The translations under genes were made by a program, and so were the position numbers. Below the pieces are notes generated by a model. It had not been told where the DNA came from, did not search any database, and saw only the letters and a program-made list of their open reading frames with translations. This document shows positions 32,120-40,104 of a stretch of DNA of 64,000 nt, one piece after another. Every line of letters starts with the position of its first letter. Position 1 is the stretch's first letter. Origin of the DNA: Myxococcales bacterium (GTDB lineage Bacteria > Myxococcota > Myxococcia > Myxococcales > UBA5297); the NCBI GenBank assembly GCA_031552145.1, contig JAVBMV010000007.1:226486-290485 (forward strand). The letters run 5' to 3'.

Positions 32120-33583
32120 ATGGCCAAAGACTGGGGTTTTTATGGCAGAAAGAGCGAGCTCGAGGCCATGGGCAAGATCTTGGAGCGCGGGCGCTGGTTT
32201 TTCCTGAAGATCACGGGGAGGCGGCGTATCGGCAAGAGCAGTCTCGTTCGACAGGTCATCGGATCAGGGAGGGGGCGCAAGGTCCTCTACATCCAGATCC
32301 CGGACTCCGATCCTTCGGGCGTGGTCAGCGCCGCCCGCGACTTCATGAAGACCTTCGGGATCGATTCGGGACTTCCCGGCGACCTCAGAAGCCTCGCGGC
32401 GCGCTTGGCCTCGCTCGTGGAGGAGGGGTGGGTGGTTGCGCTGGACGAGTTCCAGTACTTCCATCGAAAGGCGCTCTTCGAGTTCACGTCGCAGCTGCAG
32501 GTAGAGGTGGATCGGCTCTCCGAGAAGGCCGAGCGCGTGCGCGGCGGGATGATCGTGCTCGGCTCCGTGCACACCGAGATGGTCGCGCTCTTGGAGGAGC
32601 GAACGGCGCCGCTCTTCAACCGAATCACCGACGAGATCGAGCTGGGTCACCTCGATGTCGCGTCGCTGTTGGAGATGTTGCAGGTGCATGCAGATCTCGC
32701 TCCGCGCCGCCTGCTCTTCCTGTGGAATCTCTTCGAGGGCGTACCAAAATTCTACCGCGACTGCTTCGAGCGCGGCGTCCTCGGAGCAGAGAGGGAGGTG
32801 CTGCTGGAGCAGATGTTCTTCGGCAGCAGCAGCCCGCTGCGCGGCGAGGCCGACAACTGGTTCCTACGCGAGCTTCAAGGGCGATATGACTTCGCGCTCA
32901 AGTACATCGCGGCCCATCCAGGCTGCTCCAACGCCGATGTCGTCGCGCACACGGTGGCGGTGGAGCCCGAGAAGAAGCGGCTCATCGTTGGATACCTGAG
33001 GGCACTGGAGGAGCGGTTCGAGATGATCGAGCGCCTGCAGCCCATCTTCGCTCCGCCCAAGAGCAGGAACGGGCGCTTCTACATTCGAGACAACTTCTTG
33101 CGGACCTGGCTGGCTGCGCTCTCGGTCCCGGCGGCTTCGATCAACTTCAGGCCTGTAGCCGAGCTGGTGCGCCAAGCGAACGAACGACTCGCTGAGTCCG
33201 AGGGATATGGACTGGAGCGGCTGGCAGCGGTCCTCTACGAGGAGCGGAGCCGCAAGGGAGTTGGCGACTTTGGCGTCACGAAGATGGTGCGTGGCTGGTG
33301 GGATCGCGCTGGAACAGAGATCGATCTCGTCGCGGTGAACGAGCAGGAGCGGGTGATTCGTCTCGGTTCATGCAAGCGCACGCCGGAGCGGCTCGTCGCG
33401 TCGTTGAAGGCGTTCGACGGACACGTGGCGCGCTTCAGGGAGACGCGGCGCGAGCTCGGAGATTTCAAGTTGGAGAAGGTGGCGATTGCGCCGGAGCTTA
33501 CGCCTGAGCAGCGGCGCAAGATCGAGGAGCAGGGCTACCTGCCGCAGTCCCTCTCCGAACTGACGGCGCCGTTGAAGAACTAG
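32120..33583 (+). CDS. Arch_ATPase-type AAA+ ATPase with C-terminal DUF234-like PD-(D/E)xK domain
   Basis: Walker A GRRRIGKSSL; Walker B VVALDEFQ; C-terminal GTEIDLVAVNEQERVIRLGSCKRT. Confidence 0.8.
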   Translation: MAKDWGFYGRKSELEAMGKILERGRWFFLKITGRRRIGKSSLVRQVIGSGRGRKVLYIQIPDSDPSGVVSAARDFMKTFGIDSGLPGDLRSLAARLASLVEEGWVVALDEFQYFHRKALFEFTSQLQVEVDRLSEKAERVRGGMIVLGSVHTEMVALLEERTAPLFNRITDEIELGHLDVASLLEMLQVHADLAPRRLLFLWNLFEGVPKFYRDCFERGVLGAEREVLLEQMFFGSSSPLRGEADNWFLRELQGRYDFALKYIAAHPGCSNADVVAHTVAVEPEKKRLIVGYLRALEERFEMIERLQPIFAPPKSRNGRFYIRDNFLRTWLAALSVPAASINFRPVAELVRQANERLAESEGYGLERLAAVLYEERSRKGVGDFGVTKMVRGWWDRAGTEIDLVAVNEQERVIRLGSCKRTPERLVASLKAFDGHVARFRETRRELGDFKLEKVAIAPELTPEQRRKIEEQGYLPQSLSELTAPLKN

Positions 33584-33652
33584 GGGCGCAGAGATAAGGC
33601 CCGAGGCACTCTAGGTGATGCGGCGCCGCCAGGCGTGGTACAGGACGACCCC

Positions 33653-34861
33653 ATGAGACGCTCTTCGAAAATTGTCGCTCTGTCGACGCTGCTCTTTGTG
33701 GCGCGGCCGGTGTTTGCCCAGAGTCCCGCTGACCCCATCGATCCCGATCTCGCCGCCGCGGCGAAGGAGGACGAGGCAGCGCGGGGGGCGGCGGGCGCCT
33801 CGGCTACGTCCGGCCCCGTGGCGAAGCTCAACCCCGACCTCAGCCTCATCATGAGCGCCGGCTTCGGCTGGTTTGGCCGCGAGGAGCACCTGCTCCAGGG
33901 TGGCCACGCCATGGACGAGAACGGCTTCGCGCTGCAGGGGCTGGAGCTGGCCGCCTCGGCCTCGGTCGATCCCTACTTCCGCTTCGATCTCAGCTTTGAG
34001 CTGCGCCATCAGGAGCTGGAGGAGGTCTATCTGACCACCCTGGCGCTGCCCGCGAGCCTCCAGGCCCGCGCGGGCTACTTCAACGTCGCCTTCGGAAGGC
34101 AGAACCCACAGCATCTGCATACGTGGAACTTCGCCAACCCGCCGCTCTCCCACACCCGCTTCATGTCGGAGGAGCACTTCAGAGGGACGGGGGCCGAGCT
34201 CTCGAGGCTCTTGCCTCTACCCTGGTATTCGCTGCTCCTCGCCGAGGTCATGACGCCGAGCGAGGCGTCGGAGTTCAACTCCGCGACCTTCGGCACGGTG
34301 GAGCAGGGGCGGGGCGGAACTACGAATGGGCTGGAGGATCTGCTCTATGTGGGCCGGCTTGAGAACTTCTTCGAGCTCTCTACCGATTGGTCGTTGCTCT
34401 TCGGCGCGAGCGCCGCCTTCGGCCAGAGCCCCTATCTCTCCGGCGGTCGCGCCGCGCTCTATGGAAGCGACCTCTACTTCAAGTGGCGCCCGCTCGCGGG
34501 GGGTGGTGACTTTGCGGTGGCGCTCACGCTCGAGGCGCTCCTGCGCGACAGCGAGCTGCCCGAAGATTCCCTGCGCGACTGGGGCGGCTATGCCCAGCTC
34601 GATTTCTTTCTGAGCCGCCGCTTCATGCTCGGCGCGCGGGGCGACTATGCGGCGACGGCCCAGGGGGCATTGCCCGAAGAGTCGGAGCTCCCGCGCAACG
34701 AGGCGCGCGGCTCGCTCGCCTTCACCTTCCTGCCCTCCCACTTCTCCAAGCTGCGGCTGCAGGCGGATCTGTCGCGGGCCGCTCCAGGGGCCGATTGGGC
34801 GCCGGCGCTCTTCCTGCAGGCCGAGGTGAGCGCCGGAGAGCATGGCGCCCACAAATTCTAA
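33653..34861 (+). CDS. Putative outer-membrane beta-barrel (porin-like) protein upstream of the metal ABC importer
   Basis: Signal peptide MRRSSKIVALSTLLFVARPVFAQ. Beta-strand-rich sequence ending in C-terminal Phe (...GAHKF). Start taken at ATG 33653. Confidence 0.6.
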   Translation: MRRSSKIVALSTLLFVARPVFAQSPADPIDPDLAAAAKEDEAARGAAGASATSGPVAKLNPDLSLIMSAGFGWFGREEHLLQGGHAMDENGFALQGLELAASASVDPYFRFDLSFELRHQELEEVYLTTLALPASLQARAGYFNVAFGRQNPQHLHTWNFANPPLSHTRFMSEEHFRGTGAELSRLLPLPWYSLLLAEVMTPSEASEFNSATFGTVEQGRGGTTNGLEDLLYVGRLENFFELSTDWSLLFGASAAFGQSPYLSGGRAALYGSDLYFKWRPLAGGGDFAVALTLEALLRDSELPEDSLRDWGGYAQLDFFLSRRFMLGARGDYAATAQGALPEESELPRNEARGSLAFTFLPSHFSKLRLQADLSRAAPGADWAPALFLQAEVSAGEHGAHKF

Positions 34862-34900
34862 TATTTAGGAAGGCCCCACGCGCGGGCCGCTGGAGTCCGC

Positions 34901-35842
34901 ATGAGAGTCGGTATGAGTACGAAATGGTGGTGCCCACCGCGCATGGTTGGGCTGGCGATGGTTGTTGCCCTCTGGGCGCTCGCGGCTTCACCGGGCAGCG
35001 CCCACGCGAAGCTGCGCGTGGTGGGAACGCTCCCCGACTTCGCCTCGCTCGCGGCGGAGCTGGGCGGGGAGAGGGTCTCGACCGAAGCGCTGATCCAGGG
35101 GACCGAGGATCCGCACTTCGTCGATCCCAAGCCCTCTCACATCTTGCGCGTGAACAAGGCCGATCTGCTCATCTGCATCGGCCTGGGGCTCGAAGCGGGC
35201 TGGTTACCCAGCCTCCTGACTCAGGCACGTAATGGGGCGGTGCAGGTAGGGGCGCCGGGCTACCTCGACGCCTCGCAGTTCGTCCAGGCCAAGGAGGTCC
35301 CGGCCAAGGTCGATCGCGCCATGGGCGATGTCCACGGCGGTGGCAACCCACACTACTATGTGTCGCCGCCCGAGATGCGCGACGTGGCCGAGGCGATCTA
35401 CCGCAAGCTGGTCGCGCTCGATCCGGCGGGGCGCGCTGAGTATGAGGCGCGCTGGAAGCGATTCTCGGAGAAGTTTGCGCAAAAGAGCGCCGAGTGGAGG
35501 GCGGCGCTCGCGCCGCTGAACGGCGCCAAGGTGGTGGAGTACCACAAGAGCTGGGTCTATCTGCTCGACTGGCTCGGCTTTACCTCCGTCGGAACGTTGG
35601 AGCCGAAGCCGGGGATCCCTCCCTCGCCGGGGCACGTCACGCAGCTGCTCATGCAGGTGAAGGACCAGGGCGTTCGCTTCGTCTTCCGCGAGAGTTATCA
35701 CGCCGACAGCCTCTCGGAGGTCTTCGCCAAGAAGGCCGGCGCGCGCCTGATGGAGCTGCCGACCATGGTGGGAGCGAAGCCGGAGCTGAGGAGCGTCTGG
35801 GAGAAGTGGGACCGCATGATCCAGATGCTCACCGCCAAGTGA
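34901..35842 (+). CDS. Metal ABC transporter substrate-binding protein (ZnuA/TroA family)
   Basis: KLRVVGTLPDFASLAAELGG, GTEDPHFVDPKPS and HGGGNPHYY metal-ligand His motifs. The exact start (34901, 34913 or 34943) is uncertain. Confidence 0.85.
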   Translation: MRVGMSTKWWCPPRMVGLAMVVALWALAASPGSAHAKLRVVGTLPDFASLAAELGGERVSTEALIQGTEDPHFVDPKPSHILRVNKADLLICIGLGLEAGWLPSLLTQARNGAVQVGAPGYLDASQFVQAKEVPAKVDRAMGDVHGGGNPHYYVSPPEMRDVAEAIYRKLVALDPAGRAEYEARWKRFSEKFAQKSAEWRAALAPLNGAKVVEYHKSWVYLLDWLGFTSVGTLEPKPGIPPSPGHVTQLLMQVKDQGVRFVFRESYHADSLSEVFAKKAGARLMELPTMVGAKPELRSVWEKWDRMIQMLTAK

Positions 35843-35899
35843 GCCCACGAAGAAATGTGAAGAAACGTGGAGAGGTGCGGGAGCCCAGTGGAATCTGCA

Positions 35900-36655
35900 A
35901 TGAGTGAGTCCCTGATCCGCCTGTGCGGCGTCGCCATCGGATATGGCCGCCCCTTGATGCGCCCCATCGATTTCGAGCTGAGGCGGGGCGAGTTCTGGGG
36001 GATGGTGGGCCCCAATGGCGCCGGCAAGACGACGCTGGCCAAGACCCTCCTAGGCCTCGTCCCGCCTCTCGCCGGCCGTGTGGAGCGGCGCGAGGGAGGC
36101 GTGAGGGCAAGCTATGCGCCGCAGCGCCATCGCCTGAACCCCAGCTATCCGCTTTCGGTCTTCGAGGTGGTGCTGATGGGGCGCACTGGAGCGCTGCCCC
36201 TGGGGCGGCGCCCCGGCGCCGCGGATCGGCGCCGCGCCGAGGAGGAGCTCGCGCGGCTCGGCATGGCGCCCCTCGGCGCCAAGCTCTATCGCGCGCTCTC
36301 CGGCGGCCAGCAGCAGCGCGTGCTGCTGGCGCGCGCCCTCGCCGCCGATCCCGACCTCTTGGTCCTGGACGAGCCGGCGGAGGGAATGGATCTCCTCGGC
36401 GCCAGCGACACCCTGCGCTACCTGAGGAGCGCGAATGGAAGCGGGCGCATGGCGGTGCTCATGATCAGCCATCACCTGGATGACGTCATCAGCGCCGTGG
36501 AGCGGCTCTGCTTCATCAACCAATATACGGACCTCTTCGAGGCGGGCCCGGCCGAGCAGATGGTGTCGCCGGAGAAGCTCTCCGCGCTCTATGGCAGGCC
36601 GGTCGAGACCCACACGTGCGCGGGCAGGCGCCATGTGCATGTGCGGGAGGAGTGA
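35900..36655 (+). CDS. Metal ABC transporter ATP-binding protein (ZnuC-like)
   Basis: Walker A GPNGAGKTTL; signature LSGGQQQRVLLARAL; Walker B LLVLDEP. Start taken at ATG 35900 (MSESLIRL). Confidence 0.9.
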   Translation: MSESLIRLCGVAIGYGRPLMRPIDFELRRGEFWGMVGPNGAGKTTLAKTLLGLVPPLAGRVERREGGVRASYAPQRHRLNPSYPLSVFEVVLMGRTGALPLGRRPGAADRRRAEEELARLGMAPLGAKLYRALSGGQQQRVLLARALAADPDLLVLDEPAEGMDLLGASDTLRYLRSANGSGRMAVLMISHHLDDVISAVERLCFINQYTDLFEAGPAEQMVSPEKLSALYGRPVETHTCAGRRHVHVREE

Positions 36656-36657
36656 CG

Positions 36658-37500
36658 ATGGAGAGCTTCGGCTTCTGGGAGAGCTGGTTCGCGTGGCGCG
36701 ACGCCATGCTCGTCTCGCTGCTCTGCGCCGCCGCGCTGGCCTATCTGGGCGTCTGGGTGGTGCTCAAGCGGGTGGTCTATGTGCCGCTGGCGCTGGCGCA
36801 GGTCTCGTCGGTGGGCGTCGTCCTGGCCTACCTGCTGGGATCGTGGCTTGGGATCCACCCACACGATGACACGGGGTGCGCCATCCTGATCGATCCGGCC
36901 TGGCTCTCGCTCCTGGTCGCGCTGGCCACGGCCTTCTGGTTCGCCCGCTCGCGCGAGGAGAGCGCGCTCGCCATCGTCGCCGCCTATCTGCTCTCGGGCG
37001 CGGCGGTGCTGATCCTGGGCAACTATGTGAAGCAGGAGCTACACGACGTCCAGTCGATCCTCTTCGGAAACGCGGTGCTCGTGGAGTCGATCCAGCTCCT
37101 CTACGTGGGCGCCGCGGCGGCGGTGGTGGCGCTGCTCCATGCGCTCTTTCTGCGCCGCTTCCTCTTCGTCTCCTTCGATCCCGACGCGGCGGGGGCGGCG
37201 GGTGTCGGCGCCTTCAGGATGGAGGTGCTGCTCTATGCCTCTTTCGCGCTGATGATCTCCATCGCCACCCGCGCCATCGGCGCCCTGCCCGCTTTTGGGC
37301 TCATGGTGCTGCCGGCCATGACGGCGCTGCGCTTCGCGCGCACGATGCGCGGCGCCTTTTCGCTCTCCGTGGGGCTGGGGCTCTTCGCGGCGGGCGTCGG
37401 CTACTACCTCTCGTTTCGCTTCGGCTTCCCCACGGGCGCCGCGATGGTGGCGCTCTCGGGGCTGCTCTACCTCTGTTCGCTCGCCGTCAGGGCGCGGTAG
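36658..37500 (+). CDS. Metal ABC transporter permease (ABC-3/ZnuB-like)
   Basis: Multi-pass hydrophobic protein. ATG 36658 lies 2 nt after the ATPase stop. Typical ABC-3 family length and topology. Confidence 0.85.
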   Translation: MESFGFWESWFAWRDAMLVSLLCAAALAYLGVWVVLKRVVYVPLALAQVSSVGVVLAYLLGSWLGIHPHDDTGCAILIDPAWLSLLVALATAFWFARSREESALAIVAAYLLSGAAVLILGNYVKQELHDVQSILFGNAVLVESIQLLYVGAAAAVVALLHALFLRRFLFVSFDPDAAGAAGVGAFRMEVLLYASFALMISIATRAIGALPAFGLMVLPAMTALRFARTMRGAFSLSVGLGLFAAGVGYYLSFRFGFPTGAAMVALSGLLYLCSLAVRAR

Positions 37501-37520
37501 GGAGGCTTGCATCGGGTGAA

Positions 37521-37568
37521 GTGGCAACTTTGCCACGTGGCAGAGTTGCCACGTGGCAAAGTTGCCAC
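37521..37568. promoter_or_regulatory. Three abutting 16-bp palindromes GTGGCA-N4-TGCCAC (operator-like array)
   Basis: GTGGCAACTTTGCCAC (37521-37536), GTGGCAGAGTTGCCAC (37537-37552), GTGGCAAAGTTGCCAC (37553-37568). They are perfectly contiguous and end 12 nt before ATG 37581. Possible overlapping promoter: TTGCCA (37546-37551), 17 nt, TAGTCT (37569-37574), which implies a leaderless mRNA. Confidence 0.75.
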
Positions 37569-37580
37569 TAGTCTTTCTCC

Positions 37581-39134
37581 ATGTTTCGCACGAGCACGCC
37601 CGTCACCGATCATTCCTTCTTCGACCGCGAGCAGGAGCTGGGCCAGCTGAGCCAGGCCGTGCAGCAGCTGCGCGAGGGCGCGCCGCAGTGGGTCGCCCTC
37701 TTGGGGAGCCGCAAGGTCGGAAAGACCAGCCTGTTGATGGAGTTGTCACGCAGGTGCCGCGATGAGGAGACGCGGTTCGTGATCCTCGACTCGTTCGAGG
37801 ACGGGGCGCTCTCACTAGGGCTCTTCAGACGGCTGGCGCTCAGGGTCGTCGACGCCTTCTTCGCCAGCGAGCTCGGTGTCTCCGTCGAGGCGCTCGCCGC
37901 GCGCCCTGCCGACTATCAGGCGGCGCTGATGGAGTCGAAGCAGCTGCCGCGCCTCTCCCGCGCGCTGAGGACGGATCTGTTGGGACTGGCCCAGATGAAG
38001 GCCGACGCGCGCCTGGTGGAGCTCTCGCTGGGACTCGCGGAGCGGCTGGCAAGCGAGCTGGAGAAGTGGTGCGTCATCGCCTGGGACGAGTTCCAAGAGC
38101 TGGCGCGGCTAAAGTCGGGCACCGAGCGGGAACTCCTGGCGGTGGCGCGCGCCATCTGGCAACGCCATCAGCGCACGGCCTATCTGATCAGCGGCTCGGA
38201 GCGCTCCATGATGCAGGAGCTGATCTCCTCGAAGGCCTCACCGTTCTTTCAGCATTTCTCGCCGATGGAGCTGGGGCCAATGCCCGAGGTCGAGGCGGTC
38301 CGGATGCTGGTGAAGAGCGCGCCCGTGGGGCGGGCCATCTCCGAGACGATCGCGCGGCGCGCCATCGCGCTCCTGGGGGGCCATCCGTTCTACCTCCAGC
38401 TCTTCGGCGAGACGCTCACCGCGCTGGAGCCACCCTACGACGAATCGTCGGTACAGCAAGCGATCGCGGAGCTGCTCTTCCAGCGCACCGGCCGGCTGGC
38501 GCTCTATTTTGCGAGGCAGCACGAGAGCGCTGTGGGGCGCGCGGCGACGCTCGCCGCGGTGCTCGACGCGCTGGCGGCGGGCCCCGCGCGCCTCTCCGAG
38601 ATCGCCTCCCGAATCGGAGCCTCCAGCGGCTCGACAGTTCGGTATCTCGACCGCCTGGGCGAGCTGGTTCTGCACCGCAGAGAGGAGGCCCTCTACGAGC
38701 TTGCCGATCCCGTCTTCGCGCTCTGGTTGCGCTGGCGTAGGCCCGGTGGCTCGGTCGTCCCGCTCACGCTGATGGGGAACGAGGCGGAACTCGAGGTGGC
38801 GCGCCAGCTCGCCCTGATGGGCTTCGAGCTGGTCTATCAATCTCGTGCCTCGCGAGGGGCCTTCGATCTCTTGGGGGTGCGCAACGGAGAGCAGCTCGCC
38901 ATTCAGGTCAAAAGAAGTGGGTTGCCGCTGCGTTTTTCGAAGCCCGAATGGCAGCGGCTCAAGGCCGACAGCGAGAGGCTGGGCTGGCCCTTCGTCGTGG
39001 CCGCCGTAAGCCCGGAAGGGGAGGGAGGAGTCTCTTTCCTCGCACCCAGCGGCGCACAGGTGCGGCGCGCAGTCACGCTCGGCGCCGCGGCGCGTATCGA
39101 GAATCTACTCGCATGGATGGAGGTGGGACCCTGA
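37581..39134 (+). CDS. Arch_ATPase-type AAA+ ATPase fused to a C-terminal Hjc/PD-(D/E)xK-like nuclease domain
   Basis: FFDREQELGQL...LLGSRKVGKTSLL (Walker A); VIAWDEFQ (Walker B). C-terminal EAELEVARQLALMGFELVYQSRASRGAFDLLGVRNGEQLAIQVKRS resembles the archaeal Holliday-junction-resolvase D...(E/Q)xK core. Confidence 0.75.
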   Translation: MFRTSTPVTDHSFFDREQELGQLSQAVQQLREGAPQWVALLGSRKVGKTSLLMELSRRCRDEETRFVILDSFEDGALSLGLFRRLALRVVDAFFASELGVSVEALAARPADYQAALMESKQLPRLSRALRTDLLGLAQMKADARLVELSLGLAERLASELEKWCVIAWDEFQELARLKSGTERELLAVARAIWQRHQRTAYLISGSERSMMQELISSKASPFFQHFSPMELGPMPEVEAVRMLVKSAPVGRAISETIARRAIALLGGHPFYLQLFGETLTALEPPYDESSVQQAIAELLFQRTGRLALYFARQHESAVGRAATLAAVLDALAAGPARLSEIASRIGASSGSTVRYLDRLGELVLHRREEALYELADPVFALWLRWRRPGGSVVPLTLMGNEAELEVARQLALMGFELVYQSRASRGAFDLLGVRNGEQLAIQVKRSGLPLRFSKPEWQRLKADSERLGWPFVVAAVSPEGEGGVSFLAPSGAQVRRAVTLGAAARIENLLAWMEVGP

Positions 39135-39141
39135 AACCCGC

Positions 39142-39978
39142 TCAGGGCAGTCCATGCGCCGTCACGGTGCGCCGCGTCGCGCGCGTCTCGGCGCGAATGG
39201 CTCTGTTGGCTTCGAGATCGGGCAGATTCCGATAGGGCCTGGAGTGTTCGAGGTGGAGGCAGAGCAGGGAGTAGCGCAGCTGGAGGCCCGTGATGCCGGC
39301 GTTCTCGAGGCGCTCGCCCAGCTCGCGGTCTTCGCCGCCATACTTCATCCGCTCGTCGAACCCCTTGGCAGCGAGCAGATCGCTCCGCCAACCCGAGGCG
39401 TTGCAGCCGTTCCAAGAGGCGCGAGTGGGCGTCAGGGTGTTCATGACGTGAGCGACGCGCTCGGACCGGAGCAGCTTCAGGTTCTTGAGCGAGAGGGGGA
39501 GGCCGTTCGCCCGAAGCCAGCCGTGCGCGAAGGCCTGCTCCGTGCCTATCTCCTCCTCGCCGAGCCGCTGGCTCAGCGCGAGCGGCAACCTCAGGTAGCC
39601 TCCCGAGAGGAAATGCCCGCGTCGAGCGCCGCGCTGGTGGCGCTCGACGAAGTCGGCGCGCGGCACGCAGTCCTGATCGGTGAAGATCAGATAGTCGGCC
39701 TTGGCCGCGAGGAGCGCCTTGTTCAGGATCTTGGTCTTCTGGAAGCCGTCGTCGGGGTGCCAAACGTGCTTCAGTCCCGGGAAGCAAGAGGCCGCAAAGC
39801 GCTCGAGCAGCGCCCTGGTCTCATCGCCCGAGCCGTCATCGGCGACGATGAGCTCGAAGGCGCGCTGGCTCTGCCGCGCATACCCCCAGAGCGTCTTCTC
39901 CAGCCACGCCGGGTTGTTGTAGGTGGAGATGACGACGCCAATGCTGGGCGCTGGCCCCTCGTCACGCTCTTCTCTCAT
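39142..39978 (-). CDS. Family 2 glycosyltransferase
   Basis: IGVVISTYNNPAWLEKTLWGYARQSQRAFELIVADDGS...FTDQDCVP (GT-A fold DxD-type motifs). Confidence 0.85.
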   Translation of the reverse strand: MREERDEGPAPSIGVVISTYNNPAWLEKTLWGYARQSQRAFELIVADDGSGDETRALLERFAASCFPGLKHVWHPDDGFQKTKILNKALLAAKADYLIFTDQDCVPRADFVERHQRGARRGHFLSGGYLRLPLALSQRLGEEEIGTEQAFAHGWLRANGLPLSLKNLKLLRSERVAHVMNTLTPTRASWNGCNASGWRSDLLAAKGFDERMKYGGEDRELGERLENAGITGLQLRYSLLCLHLEHSRPYRNLPDLEANRAIRAETRATRRTVTAHGLP

Positions 39979-40041
39979 GGGTCCCCGCTAAGAAAGAGGC
40001 GCCCAGCTTCGCAACGATCTTTGCCGCTAGCAAGAGGGGGA

Positions 40042-40089
40042 GGTGTGGCCCTAGGATGGCCGATCGTTTCCTCAACAGAGGTTGAACGC
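40042..40089 (+). repeat. Left copy of a 48-bp perfect direct repeat (duplicate of the glnS leader including its RBS)
   Basis: GGTGTGGCCCTAGGATGGCCGATCGTTTCCTCAACAGAGGTTGAACGC is identical to 41482-41529. Degenerate similarity extends ~30 bp further 5' (about 40010 vs 41455). It is followed directly by an ATG (40090). Confidence 0.85.
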
Positions 40090-40104
40090 ATGACGGAAAA
40101 GAGG

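Noticed and set aside
37521-37568. Sigma-54 promoter (TGGCAC-N5-TTGC) interpretation of the palindrome array
   Set aside because: TGGCA and TTGC elements are present, but the spacing (2 nt between TGGCA(A/G) and TTGC, not 5) does not give GG-N10-GC geometry in any register.
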